From NCBI GenBank assembly GCA_030704615.1, contig CM060733.1:48298001-48362000 (forward strand): 64,000 nt of DNA. The letters are read 5' to 3'. Each line of letters starts with the position of its first letter. The stretch's first letter is position 1. Below are positions 12,022 through 24,674 of this stretch, piece after piece. The notes beneath the pieces are model-generated. The model had not been told where the DNA came from, ran no database searches, and saw only the letters and a list, made by a program, of their open reading frames with translations. The position numbers were made by a program, and so were the translations under genes. This DNA is from Takakia lepidozioides (lineage: Eukaryota > Plantae > Bryophyta).

Positions 12022-13340
12022 CCTTGGTGACATCACCACCCACACACTCAATGGCCGCATAGGCCAAGTCACCTCCTGTTATTTCCTTCACACGCTCCCT
12101 AACATCTTCCTTACGATAATTGATCACCTTGTCTGCTCCAAGGGCTTTAAGTTCTTCTATCTGCTCACTGCAGCGTACCAAATTTATCGTCTGCGATCCA
12201 CCCCCACCCTGTTATGTCACTTTGCAGTTGCTCTCATCCATATCATTTTTTAATATAGCTGATCCCACATACTGCAAACCCAGTCAGGAAACTCTTTTAG
12301 CCTTCTGTAAGATGAGCTCGGTTCCGAGAATGTATGAGGGGAGGAGTAGAATTCAGCCAGGTGTGCAGTTTACGTTGGAAGTGCTCATTGCAGGCCAGCA
12401 ATTTCAACCATAATCACACAGAAGGAGCAGCAGACTGCAATCATGTGGCTTACTAAGGAATAAACCTTACCTTAATTCCTTGGTGGCGTGCCAGTTGAAT
12501 AACCATGCGTCCAAGAACAGATCCTGCAGCTGACTGCAACAGGTACTTGCCCTTTGGCACCTTCAACTCTTCCAGCATTGCGTAAGCTGCCTTCAATCCC
12601 GACATTTACAAATTGAATACTTCACACCATAAATCTTACCAACATGAAGAAACGCACCATTTACAAGCATCGGTTCAATAATTCCTCCAGTCTGGGAGAA
12701 CTAATGTCTGCACATCTAACAATAGCCAATATATAACCCCTGCAATAGACAGATATTAACATAAAGGTGAATTGATTGAAAACTTTTCAACCACCCAAAC
12801 CCCAGTGGCGAATGCCAGACAAGTTGGTCTTGGGGATTGATTTGTTTCCAATATTTGTGAGCTGCAATGTTTCTGAATAAGGTACAAAGGCTCCTTTTGT
12901 TTTGAGAAGAGCAGACATGCCCTATCTGCGGTAATGTTCTACAGTTTCAAAAACCTTTAGGGGATTGTTCTCAAATACCGCTTGCAACAAGCACTCAAGT
13001 AAACAGAAATTTGGGTGCGTAGAGCTGCTCACTATCCATCTAGCATGGCAAGTCTGCATTGGACAGAATCCAGCACTGCAATTTCCCCCAGAGAGAATGT
13101 ACCCCTGCCTGGGATACAGAGAGACAAACCTGTCCAGGGGTTGATTAAGAATTGCGATGCAGTCTCATTAGAGATGGAGTCGGGAATGGGGAAGACGGCC
13201 TGGGCAGGCACCACAATGTATTCTTGCCAAGTTCCTTCCCCTGTCTAAGCGGACTCAGTCAGCGGGAACACACGCTGGCCCACCTCCAAGTGGGTCACAT
13301 TTTCCCCGACTTGCAACCTCACCATCTTCTGGTTACAGTG
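12022..13340 (-). pseudogene. Captured 3-exon fragment of an MDR / enoyl-reductase-like (zinc-independent) oxidoreductase
   Basis: LEVGQRVFPL..*TGEGTWQEYIVVPAQAVFPIPDSISNETASQFLINPWT | AYAMLEELKVPKGKYLLQSAAGSVLGRMVIQLARHQGIK | TINLVRCSEQIEELKALGADKVINYRKEDV...AIECVGG. Introns are retained, there is an in-frame stop, and both ends are missing. Confidence 0.85.
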
Positions 13341-13964
13341 TGAGGGGGGCTAGGATGTGTGTAACTTTATCCACTATTGAAGTCTTGCATGTATGATACG
13401 GTTACACTCCTTCACCCTCAAAGTAACTGAAACTGCAATGGAGTTCAGCACAACCTGTAAACCGCAAACCTTGCAGACGAGACTAGAGGGAGTAGTTGCC
13501 AATATCTGTCACTGTCTGTTTTTATGTGTCTTTATACAAACTCAGTAAAAGAACAAGGAAGACACTTATTATATCCAGGGATAGAGAAAGAAAAAAAATG
13601 ATATTTAGACATTGCTTGCCCCAGTAGTCTTCAAGCCAAGTTAATGCTTGTACCAATTTTTGAAAGAGCAGAAAAGACTAAAAGATGGGACAGCAGCAAA
13701 AACAAAGAGGCCCACTACCATAGTGGAAGGGGCCACGAATCCCAAGAATGAAATTTAACCCTGGTGCATTCTAGCATTTCTTTCTCAAAGAAGCCCTTTA
13801 CCATGACTTGATGACATCCATCTGCTGTGACTATGCATACAGAAATGCGGGTGTAAAGAAGGGGGAAGAGTACAATTGCAGGCACCATAACTTGCAGAAT
13901 TCAACCTGAAAATTTAGGGACGACTCTGATAACAGGGAAAACAGGCTGAAATGTGTTGAGGAAG

Positions 13965-15015
13965 GTGCTCATAGGTCTCCAAGGCCTCCATCTCGCGCCC
14001 TTGCTGTGCATATCCTGCAATCATCGCACTCCACGACACCACATCTCATTCAGCCATACTTTTGAACACTCCCTTTGCATCCTTGATGCACCCACATTTT
14101 GCATACATATCCACGAGAGTACTATTCAGAATGACATCGTGTACAATTCCAGCTCTGACAATGTCACCATGGACCTCTTTGCCCTTTTCCAGGGCTTCCA
14201 GCCTTGCACATGATCACCCCTTCTGCCATCATTTGATCATAGGTCTCCAAAGCCTCCTTCCCGCGGCCTTGCTGTGCATACCCCGCAAGCATCATTCAGC
14301 CATAGTTGCAAACTCCCTTCGCATCCGCGATGCACCCACATTTCGCATACATGTCCACGAGGGTATTGTTCAGAATGACGTCGGGTACAATTCCAGCTCT
14401 GATGATGTCACCATGAACCTCTTTGCCCTTTTCCAGGGCTGCCATGCTCGCACACGCGTTGCATATACAAACGAACGTGGCCAGGTCTATGTGACCAGGT
14501 CTGGCTTTACCCCTTCCTGCATCATCGCATCATTTGCTCATAGGTCTCCAATGCCTCTATCCCGCATCCATGTTGGAGAATATCCCGCCATCATCACACT
14601 CCAGGACACGACATTTCGTTCAGCCATATTCTCAAACACTCCCTTTGTATCTCAATACTGTCACATTTGGCATACATGCCCACGAGGGTATTGTTCAAAA
14701 TGACATCGGGTACAATTTCAAATTTGACAATGGCACCATGGACCTTTTACCCTTCTCCAGGGGTGCCAGGCTCGCACACGTATTGCAAACACACACACGA
14801 ACGTGATCCGGTCTGGCTTCACCCCTTCCCGCATTATTTGCTCATATGTCTCCGAAGCCTCTATACCATGCCCCTGCTGTGCATATCCTTGCCCTTCCTG
14901 CATCATTTGCTCAAGAATAAGCTCAAGAAAGCTGCATGAGTTGCTCAAGAATAGGTCGCAAAGCCTCAATCCCACGCCCCTGCATTGCATATCCTGCGAT
15001 TGTCGCGTTCCATGA
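13965..15015 (-). pseudogene. Degenerate PLS-type PPR gene fragment
   Basis: Repeated motifs GYAQQG..EA.ETYEQ.M.EGVKPD and DVILNNTLVDMYAKCG, with many frameshifts. Confidence 0.85.
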
Positions 15016-17289
15016 CACAAGTTCTTATTGCTAGGGCTCGATACTAAGAAAACAAATGGTAGCGTGGGAGACAAAAGAGGCTAAGTCCCAGCCCTCTGTG
15101 TTCACGGCTGAACGCGGGCAACCTTAAAGCAATTTTTAAAAAAAATTAACCTTTGCACTTTGTGTCATTCCATTGACGCAAGTTCTTAGATGGATGAGGT
15201 CATCCAATAGATGAACCCATTCATGTATATGCCTTAAGATGCCCACGTGTAGTGATGTAGTCATATAAACATAGCCGTGAAACCTCATGTAGTCATGTAG
15301 TCACAAGCTTCTATGGCATGTCATCAATGTGTAGTAATGGTGTAGTCATTTAGTCATACACTCATATGAACGTGTTTGACGTGTAGTAGTGCGTATGACT
15401 ACTAGTTATATAAACCAAGCCTGTGTTCTTGGTCAACAATGTTTGACCGTAGCTCCTAGTCATGTAGTAATATGTATGACTTCATTAGATTAAAATATAC
15501 TAAAATGCGCCCAACAACGGGTTTCATCACTTTGTAGTCACATATATAGTCATGGTTACCAGGTTTATATCACCCGTAGTCATAAAAACGACAATCTGTA
15601 GTAGTGTTTCCAAGTTTACAGAGTCAAGACTGTACCACCACTTTGCAACAAACTCACAGGGCGCCTCTACTGTCCTACTCCATGCACATAGACCATGTAA
15701 ATATGCATACACATATACATATACTAATACATGTGGTGCAGGTATTCATATTACCAAGCGCCTTGCCAGTCCAGCCATCCCTGCTCTTCCAACCCTCGAT
15801 GGGTTGGTAACACTGGATCGTGCTCTCTTCATGTTCTCACTCTCTTTCTGCCCCTTGGGGGACTCCCAATACTTCACCAATGCATCCCAATGGGTGGACT
15901 CTACACTCGGAGGGCATGAACCTCCAGCCTTCCACCCCAACTTCAGTTTTTGGCGGTACACTTTTACAATCCTCCCACATGCTGCATGGAATTTGGATAC
16001 GCTCATAGGTTGAGGATTGTACTCAAATCCTCGTCCATGGCTTCCTTAACCTTGGCCATGTCACTGGGTTCTTGCTTGTCTGCTAGCAAAATGCTAGGAT
16101 CAAGATATCTGATGCACAATCCCCGCATCGAGCTCTGCCAGTAATCCTTCCCCTCACACCCCTGGTCTACTGCCCCCTTAGAGTTTAGTTGTACCTTGTG
16201 CACCTTCAGCCCAGTGGCCTTTCGGGATTTGGCATTAGTGTCTTGTGCCTTTGAAGCCTGCCTCTTTGCACGTTTTTGTCTGCAGCCTCAGAATGCACAT
16301 CCCCTTGCTGTGTGGAATCGTGATCATCACCATGAGGGGGTGTGAATGGAGGAGGACCACCATTAAAAGGGGGGCCTGCCTGCCCACCAGCAGTGGGACA
16401 AGGAGGTGCCCAAGTTTGGGCAGCTCTTTGTACCCTTGCTCCATTACCTCCGGAATTGGACCCACCTAGTATCCATGACCATGAATTGGTTGTGGGTAGT
16501 GGGGCAGTGGGCTACTGCCAGGTAGGCGGTCCTTGCTGCAGCGTTTGCCCACCTATGGACTGTACCCATGGCCCATTCGGGGCTTGTTGCACCCATGTCG
16601 TAGGTGGACCAGCAGCAGGAGCCACAGCCTGAGGTCCCCCTTCCTTTGCACGCTTTGATGCAGCCTAACACAAGCCCCTCCACCCCACAGAGTTGGAACT
16701 TAAGGAAGAAAGGAAGTGGCATGGCAAAAGTTCAACCTGCATGCTAGCAATGAATGCATACAGACCTTGGCCCAATGTGCTTTAAAATGTTTGGCATCCG
16801 ATGTTGTGAATGCATGGAACGTCATGCTCTGGCAACCTTGCAATGACCCACATCCATTTCCATATTACAAAATGTACACTGCCCATTCCAAAATACCCTC
16901 CCTCATGCATTCAGGGCCGAGTCTGATGAGAGGGCAAAGTAGACTGAATTTAAACTCAGTGGGGGTAAGCCTATCTGTACCCATTGTTGTAATTGAAAAA
17001 CCTCTGACAAAACCAAGCTGTATTGCAGCTGACTCCCTCCCTCTCTCTGAAAATCTAAACTATCCGGGGTTTTCTAAGCAGACAGACCCTCTCGTCAAAT
17101 CTACCAAGGGAATTCTACCTGTACCTTTGTTGACCAAACAATGTGGGCGCAGGGTCAATGGGCACGGCAAACAACGGCAAACAACATCTTGGGAGTACAC
17201 TCATTCTTACAGGTACAATTTAATGTTGATAGATCTGACAAGAAAGTCTCGCTGCTTAAAAAAACCCCTTTCATTATTCAATAAGTTGA

Positions 17290-18589
17290 AGAGGAAGGTG
17301 CTATCACCACCACCCAACATGTTAACTTCCACAAATTCAACATGCAGTTGACAGGGCCGAGTCTGATGAGAGGGCAAAACAGGCTGCAATACGTCAAAGA
17401 AGAAGGTGCCCTCACAACCACCCAACCTGCTAACTTGCAGAATTCAACATGCATTCAGGGCCAAGTCTCATGACAGGGCAAAACAGGTGGCAATAGGTAG
17501 AAGAAGAAGGTGCCCTCACCATCATCCAGCCAGCTACCTTATAGAATTCAACATGCATTCAGGGCCGAGTCTGATGACAGGGAAAAACAAGCTGCAATAC
17601 GACAAGGAAGAAGGTACCACCACCCAACCAGCTAACTTACAGAATTCAACATGCATTCAGGGCCGAGTCTGATGACAGGGCAAGACAGGCTTCAATAGGT
17701 CAACGAAGAAGGTGCCCTCACCACCACCCAGCCAGCTAACTTGTAGAATTCAACATGCATTTGATAGGGCCGAGTTTGATGATAGGGCAAAACATAACGC
17801 AAGTACGTCAAAGAAGAAGGTGCCCTCACCACCACCCAACCAGCTAACTTTAGGGTTTAACATGCATTCAGGGCTGAGTCTGATGAGAGGGCAAACCATG
17901 CAACAGTAGGTCAAAGAATAAGGTGCCCTCACCACCACGGAACCAGCTAACTTCAGAATGGCAACATGCATTCAGGGCCGAGTCTGATGAGAGGGCAAAA
18001 TAGGCTGCAAATAGGTCAAAGAAGAAGCTGCCCCCACCACCACCCAACCTGCTAACTTGTAGAATTCAACATGCACTCAAGGCTGAGTCTGATGAGAGGG
18101 AAAAAAAGTGTCTGGCCGTCAAAGAAGAAGGTGCCCTCACCACCACCCAACCACCTAACTCCAAAATTCATCTTGCGTTCACGGCCGAGTCTGATGAGAG
18201 GGCAAAACAGGCTGCAATAGGTTGAAGAAGAAGGTGCCCTCACCACCACCCAACCAGCTAACTTATAGAATTCATCATGCATTCAGGGACAAGTTTGATG
18301 ACAGGGCAAAACATGTTGCAATAGATCAAAGAAGAAGGTGCCCTCACCACCACCCAACCAGCTAACTTTAGGGTTTAACATGCATTCACGGCTGAGTCTG
18401 ATGAGAGGGCAAAACAGGCTGCAATAGGTCAAAGAAGAAGGTGCCCTCATCACCACCCAATCAGCTAACTTTAGGGTTTAACATACATTCACGGCTAAGT
18501 CTGATGAGAGGGCAAAACATGCTGCAATAGGTTGAAGAAGAAGGTGCCCTCACCACCACCCAACCAGCGTACTTACAAAATTAAACATG
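17290..18589. repeat. ~104-bp tandem satellite, ~12.5 copies
   Basis: Unit aattcaacatgcattcagggccgagtctgatgagagggcaaaacaggctgcaataggtcaaagaagaaggtgccctcaccaccacccaaccagctaacttgcag at 96-109 bp spacing; a detached partial unit lies at ~16905-16940. Confidence 0.95.
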
Positions 18590-18647
18590 GTCAAAAACTA
18601 GGTTTGTAAGACTCGTACGAAAGGTAATGTGACTTACCTTGGAAGAG

Positions 18648-18650
<3 letters not shown>

Positions 18651-18688
<38 letters not shown>
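18651..18688. repeat. (TA)n microsatellite
   Basis: Directly visible. Confidence 0.95.
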
Positions 18689-18691
<3 letters not shown>

Positions 18692-20588
18692 TAGCGAGAG
18701 GTCTTAGGGATCCCACCGCCATCTTGTTAGCCTCCTTAGTGGGGGTGACAGTCCTAGGCCACTTGGCAGGAGTCATTTGTGGACGAGCTGGCTCAAGCTT
18801 GTTAGCACTGTCCACGTCCTCCTCCTCCACGTTCTCGCTCTCTAGTGAGTAGTCTGCACTACGCGTTGCAGCACTATCCTCCTCCGAGTTCTTCTCCAAG
18901 TCGCTCGACTCCTTCTCCCCCACCCCTATGTGAACATGAGTATTTGCACTCAAACGACTACTTCTTCGCAATGGGCCATTCCACACAAAATGGGCTTTTC
19001 TCGAGGCGCACTCTTTCTCTCTACAGTAGGAACTCGGAGAACATTAACAAGAGAGGGAGTCAGCAGTGTGTAAAGCTCCTTATGCATAAAACGCGAGAGA
19101 CTGTGTGTGTGAGTAGAAAAAAAGTGAGAGACCTGTCGCGACGTTGTCCATGTCTCGGGTTGCATCGGACGGTCCACATCCATCCAGTGGTGGAGATGGG
19201 ATGTGGACACGTCGTTTTTTTTCATAATAAAAACCAGGGTATAAAGTAACCAGTACCTTAGTGTCCATAACAACTGCTGATTGCTGACATGGCAGTCAGT
19301 GAGGGGCTATTGTAATCTAGGGACGTCGTTTATGTAACACCAGCGAGTTTGGCGGATGGCAACGCAGGGGAGGCTACGTTGGGCCACGAACGAGGGGGAG
19401 CGCAATGCAAGTGTTACTTGAGCAAATGAGGAGCTGAGAATGTGAGCCAAACAATGAAGAAGGAGGGGAGCACTGCATGTAGAGTAGTGGAGCGTAGAGA
19501 CTGCATTGACTTACCCAGGACTGCCCTTCTGTTGCCATTGTAACAACCAGGCTTTGTTCTCGGCTATTCTTTGGGCACGGAAGGCTTCGTATGCGAGCAT
19601 CCCATCCTCTTCTCCTGGGGTAAGTGACTCCTCTTCTCCCCCACCATTAGCTTCAGCAACGACTCTTGCCAAATCGCCTCCAGTGTAATCGTCATTCTTG
19701 TGTTTTGGGCTGCGTTCGCTATCTGCCATAGAAGGACTCTCGGCCTTTTGCAAAAATGGGAAGAGAGAGTATAGTACTACACCCTACAATGTCAACATTC
19801 ACTGCTGATTGATGGCTTAGGCTGTAGATACAAGCACATGACAACAAATGGGCTGACGCTTGATGCCAAGAAGAGATGCAACGAATAGGCTGGGCTGTTG
19901 CTCACCACCTTAAGGATATCCAATCTTAAAGCAATATACATTGTAGCTAGAAGTAGGGTCTGCTAGCTCATTAAATGAGTGGTTAAATCCGCTCCAAATA
20001 TTACTAGGAAAGTGGTTTGTAGATGACAACAGTAATGTTTTTCTATTTTCTGCACTGTCACAGTCATACTCACTCTTAGTGTAGTTGTAAAGTAGAATGA
20101 TGACCTCTGAAACAACCACTCACAAAGTGGGTTTTTACAAGTCTGTGAGTAGTGACAGTAGGTTGCTGTAAGTCCTTCTTAGGGACTTAGTCTATTAATC
20201 CTGATTCTCCCCCTCATACCAGGCAAGGAATTCCTTAGCATCATGGAGCCTGACAGAGCGGCTGCCCACCTGCTCCGGTGTCGAGAGCGTGACGATGCTC
20301 TTGTGGTTATAGACACCTCAGTAATGGGAAGTGGTTGAAACCACTTGCTACTCCACGTGTAATAATTCATATTTTATTTGTGATTTATGATTTGGAAATA
20401 TATTTTAATTAATAAATATAATATTCCACGTGGACGGGGACAGTGTACACATTGATCTTGAGTGGTTAAAGACACCTCATTGATTTGTACCACTTTGACA
20501 GTGGTGGAGAGTGGGTGGTGAAAGATACTGCAGTAATTGGAACCACTATTCTAGTGGTTGCTCATGAGTGGTTGCCTACACAACAGTG

Positions 20589-21545
20589 ATTGGTAAGTAG
20601 CATCAATGTGTTTCCAAGCCTTTGAATCAGCTGCATGGCGCACAAGGCCATCGTTGCTTGCATTCCGATTGTGCCAGGTCATTAATTCTGCAATAGAAGA
20701 GCATCTATACATACGCAAAATGCGTGGTATCAATGGAAAATGTCGAAGCACCTTAACAGGTACCTTGGATCTCCCCACATTTTTGAATCGTGCGCTTTGA
20801 CACTTGGGGCAACTCTCTAAAGTTTTCAAATCCCCCCTAAATAACACACATCCCTTTGGGAAAGCATCGATCTTTTCATAAGCAAGCCCAAGCTTGCTCA
20901 CCATGGTCTTTGCATGGTAGAAAGATGTGGGTAGTACGTTTGGTTGTGGCAACAAGGTTTTTTGCAGCAAAGAGAACATTTCCTCCGCAAAACCATTTGT
21001 AACCCCATGTGTTGCGCATAGATTCATTATAAGCATGGTGGCTGCAAGCTTAGAGGATTTAAACCTTCATATAAATGTAGACATGCCTCTTCCAATGAGA
21101 TGGGATCATCAGTGCGAGAGTCCCCACCCGCAACCGGGTCATGGGCTTCTTCTGGGGTGTTCGTGTCACATTGAACATCTATATCATCTAACTCCACTTT
21201 TGGCCCATTTGCAACTTCAGGTGTGTCTATGATCTGAAAGGTCTCTTGGATCATGCGCTGCACCTCAACATTCATGTCCAGTTGTCCATGTGTCCGGTGA
21301 GGCTGTCCTGCGATTCCGGCAACACGATCTCGATTAATCCCTCCATTTGCTGAAGCTACGTCCTGACCGACCTCCATGGCCTCCTCTTCCCATTCATCGT
21401 CAGAAGCATGCCTCCTTGCTCCTCTCCAGGATCTGAACGCAGGGGATCTGCCGTTGTCCATTAGATGTTTTCTCACTCTGTCTAACTTGACAGGTCGTCC
21501 TCCACCCTTACACTTCCTGCAAGGGCATGTGCACTTGTTGATACC
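20589..21545 (-). pseudogene. CACTA Tnp2/TnpD transposase N-terminal fragment
   Basis: CTCPCRKC...VRKHLMDNG (transposase-associated domain), YEKIDAFPKGCVLFRG...CPKC, and VLRHFPLIPRILRMY...MTWH...RHAADSKAWKHID; frameshifted near 21030 and truncated at 20589. Confidence 0.88.
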
Positions 21546-21548
21546 ATA

Positions 21549-24500
21549 CTACAAATTCAAAATGCTATTGCTTAGAGACTGCCACCTGTGTGACGGTTTG
21601 ATGGACTGCACTGTCACCTGTCAGTACTAGGTCCCTGCCCTGAGTTTCAATTTCAATCTAGTGCCGAGAGTGGGTAGACCCTTGAGGTCATCCAAGATGT
21701 CTTCCCCCATGTCACTGACTGGAAACAAGTTCAAGGAAGTTTTTTGCCTAACTTCATTTTCATCAGATAATCTCATGGCAACAGACATGGTTGGATACTA
21801 CAACCTCTAAGTCAGATTTATCCAGCAGGGTGAAGACTTGCGGTTCCAGGTCCTTGAGAATCTCTTCTACTGTCTTCTGCTAGGACTTAGCCTGTTTGAC
21901 AGGTCGGTGGGTGGTCCTGTTTCCAAGATATAGAGTCGATTAACTTAGGATATCTGGTGTTGGACATATGCTGCAGCTGACCCCACCATCTGACCTCCCC
22001 CCCCCCACCCAACCCATTTTTTTTTCATTGTTGCCCCCTCTCTCCCTCTCTCTCCCTCTCTCCCTCTCCCTCTATAACTCTTTGGATTTCATCTGGCCTT
22101 AACCTTTTGAGGTTATTTAGTTTTTCATCCCAACCTTTTTCATCCAAATCTAGATGATATTATTATAGGATGATGAAACTTAATGTACAGAAAGCTTGGT
22201 TTACCATCTATTTCTTTTATCTAAACTGGATGAACTACATGAATAATGGTTACCTATTTTAAAATCCAAGAGATAATAAAACTACCATCATAAATGATGG
22301 CAGTTATTAAACCTAAACCTATACCATAACCCTAACAGATACATCTCTATGGGATGTCATCCAGTGACAAAATGCCTATCTTGGTAAAATGTGATATTTC
22401 ATCCATCCTGGATGAAAAATCGGGCAGTTTTGCCCTAAGCAGGCCGACACACTTCAAGCACTGAACTCGTGCTTCAGTGAACTTTGATGATGCACCGTAT
22501 AAACCTGCTCCCCTGCTGCTACATGGTGCTCGTGATTGCTGGCTCTTGGGATGCGCAATGGTGGTTAAACAGATTCTTCTATGGCAGACGACAAAGCCGT
22601 GATTGCTCTGATCAGGAACTCATGGTTCTTTATTTTGCAGCGGCGCTTTTACTCCTTGTTGGGAAGTACTCTATCCCTATTTATCTACAGATTACTTGTT
22701 GCTCTCTGTTTGTGTATGAGCCACTCTCTAGCTGTGAACGCTTCTACTCTAACTGCGTTCTGTTGGAGACAATCTGTTGGACGCCATGGCACAAGGCATA
22801 CCACAAACACTCAAGGTTTTTTTGAGTTTACCATTGCTTGAACTGTGATCTGTACTTGCTTTAGAATTCAACACTGACATGGATAGCAACTGTGAAGACC
22901 TGCCACTTACCTGCTGCATCCTCACTAACACACATCGCTATGTGGTGGTTTTTGGGACGGGCACAGGTGAGGGTCTTCACTTGTCTTGATTTCTTGAAGC
23001 TTGCAGTTCCTGTTCTTGCAAGTGTGGATACTGCTGCTGCCTAAGCTGCTGATGCCATCAGCTGTTTTGAACTACCACCATGCCACTTCAGACCTGCGCC
23101 AAGATTGCTCCAATGAGGATCTGCTTCTCTCCTTACCCCTGTTTATGGTTTTTTACAACCACATTTGCATGTGTAGGAGTTTAGCTATGAAGGATACAAA
23201 GATACAAAAAAACATTTATTACTCTGACTGCCTTGATACTTGGCAAATGAGAACTCTTGGTATGACTCTGATGGATCAAAAGGATAGGCTTTGATAGATA
23301 ACACACATTCTTCAAGGCCCTCATATCATTTTGGTTTCATGGCTTGATAACAAACTAGTGCTCTTTCACCTTGGCAGAACTACTTTATGTGGCCTTAAAA
23401 TACCATTTTAGGCCTATACCTGCTTAAGGGGGCTCTACACTGATGTTTCTTCTTCCTTTTTAAGAATCTTGCTTATATCTTGGTTCTAAAACATCATCTT
23501 CAAACCAAACCTGCAATCTGGTTTTTGAAATGAGTTTATAATGGATTCTTGAGACGATGATGTGTACTATGGTGCTTTCATGATATGATTGACCTGGAAT
23601 CCCACCCTCCCGCCCTGTTTTTTCAAAGACCCTGAAATGTAATTGGGTATTCAAATGAGATTGTAAACATGAAAGAGAATGTTAGATGGTGCCCTGTAAA
23701 GGGATGTTTTGTCTTTCAATGACAATGACCTTAGCAGTCTTGTCCATGTCTTGACATGACATGTATATCTTCCCACTCTCTCCCTCACTCTTATTGACTT
23801 TTTCTACCCCCTCTTTCCCTCTGTGGTTTTTTTTTTTGGTGAGCAACACGAAAGAGAGGAAAGAGAGAGAGGGAGAGGGAGAGGGAGAGAGGGAGAGAGA
23901 GGGAGAGAGAGAGGGAGTGAGAGGGAGAGATCAGGAAACAAAAAGAAAAAGAGGAAGGTGGGGGGGGGGGGGAGTGATTGAGTAGCAACTGCTCAGTCAC
24001 TCCCCCCCCCCCCCGCCTCTCTACTTGGTGTCACTACTTGGTGGACTGCCACCTGTGACGATGACTAATGTACAGTCTATTTCAACACTCCCACTTTACT
24101 GTAGAATAGTCACTGATAATAGCTACTCAACCTCCCACTTCAGGGACTAATCACTACGGTAAAGCAACAGGGACAAGATTGAGAAGGCTACGGAAATGTA
24201 AGAACTTCTCAGCAGTGAGTCCTTTTGTGAAAATGTCAGCGATTTGATCTCGTGTACTGACGTATGTCATTGTAATCTCCCCGCGTTCTTGAAATTCACG
24301 TAACATATGAAATTGTATGTCAACGTGCTTAGTACGCCGTTGAAACTCTGGATTCCGCACCAGCCGAATCATACTCTGATTATCACTATGAAGAATGGTA
24401 GGCTTGGTCTGTGTAAACCCCAATTCATGAAGTAAATGGCGTAGCCATACCACCTCTTTCGATACCAAACAAGCTGCAATGTACTCAGATTCTGTAATCG

Positions 24501-24560
24501 ATCCTACAGTACAGGTCTGTTTCCGAGACATCCAAGTAATCGGTCCAGAGTCAAAGGAAT
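21549..24560 (-). mobile_element. 3' half of a Ty1/copia element (RNase H, PPT, 3' LTR split by a ~2.4-kb insert)
   Basis: RNase H at 24154-24550 (SRKQ..SITESEY..SDNQS..RTKHVDI..DQIADIFTKGL); PPT aagtgggag at 24088-96; LTR pieces 24087-24020 and 21633-21549 match the LTR at 24675. Confidence 0.85.
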
Positions 24561-24674
24561 ATGGACATTTTCTTGCAGCCTAGAGCAGGAATCCAACGTC
24601 AAACAATGAACTCCAGCTTGGTTCATGAGTAAGGCTTCATTAATGACTCACGTCATGTTACTCAAGGTGCTCAT

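Larger units (their letters stand above)
8446..15606. mobile_element. Non-autonomous Pack-CACTA (7161 bp) nested in the outer CACTA
   Basis: Left TIR cactagtacatattaacgtttttatgact matches the reverse complement of the right end, cactactacagattgtcgtttttatgact. 3-bp TSD TTT at 8443-45 and 15607-09; ATGACTA/TAGTCAT subterminal repeats at both ends; no transposase recognised inside. Confidence 0.9.
5397..20588 (-). mobile_element. Degenerate CACTA (En/Spm) element carrying TnpA/ORF2 exons; ends uncertain
   Basis: Probable mutated TIR caatagaggaaaa at 5397; AACCACT/AGTGGTT subterminal repeats at 5415-6280 and 20330-20575; ORF2-type peptides at 6539-6780 (IPEGMYRVEVQYV..LPHP..TLWP), 15746-16200 (HWDALVKYWES) and 19511-19750 (YEAFRAQRIAENK). 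No matching right TIR or TSD found. Confidence 0.65.

Noticed and set aside
14062-14703. 213-aa plus-strand ORF
   Set aside because: Antisense shadow of the PPR repeats.
17290-18589. CRISPR-like periodic array
   Set aside because: Whole 104-bp units repeat with no unique spacers, in a eukaryotic TE context; it is a satellite.
20578-20591. cacaacagtg as the right TIR of the outer CACTA
   Set aside because: It does not match the putative left end at 5397 and has no matching TSD; kept only as an approximate boundary.
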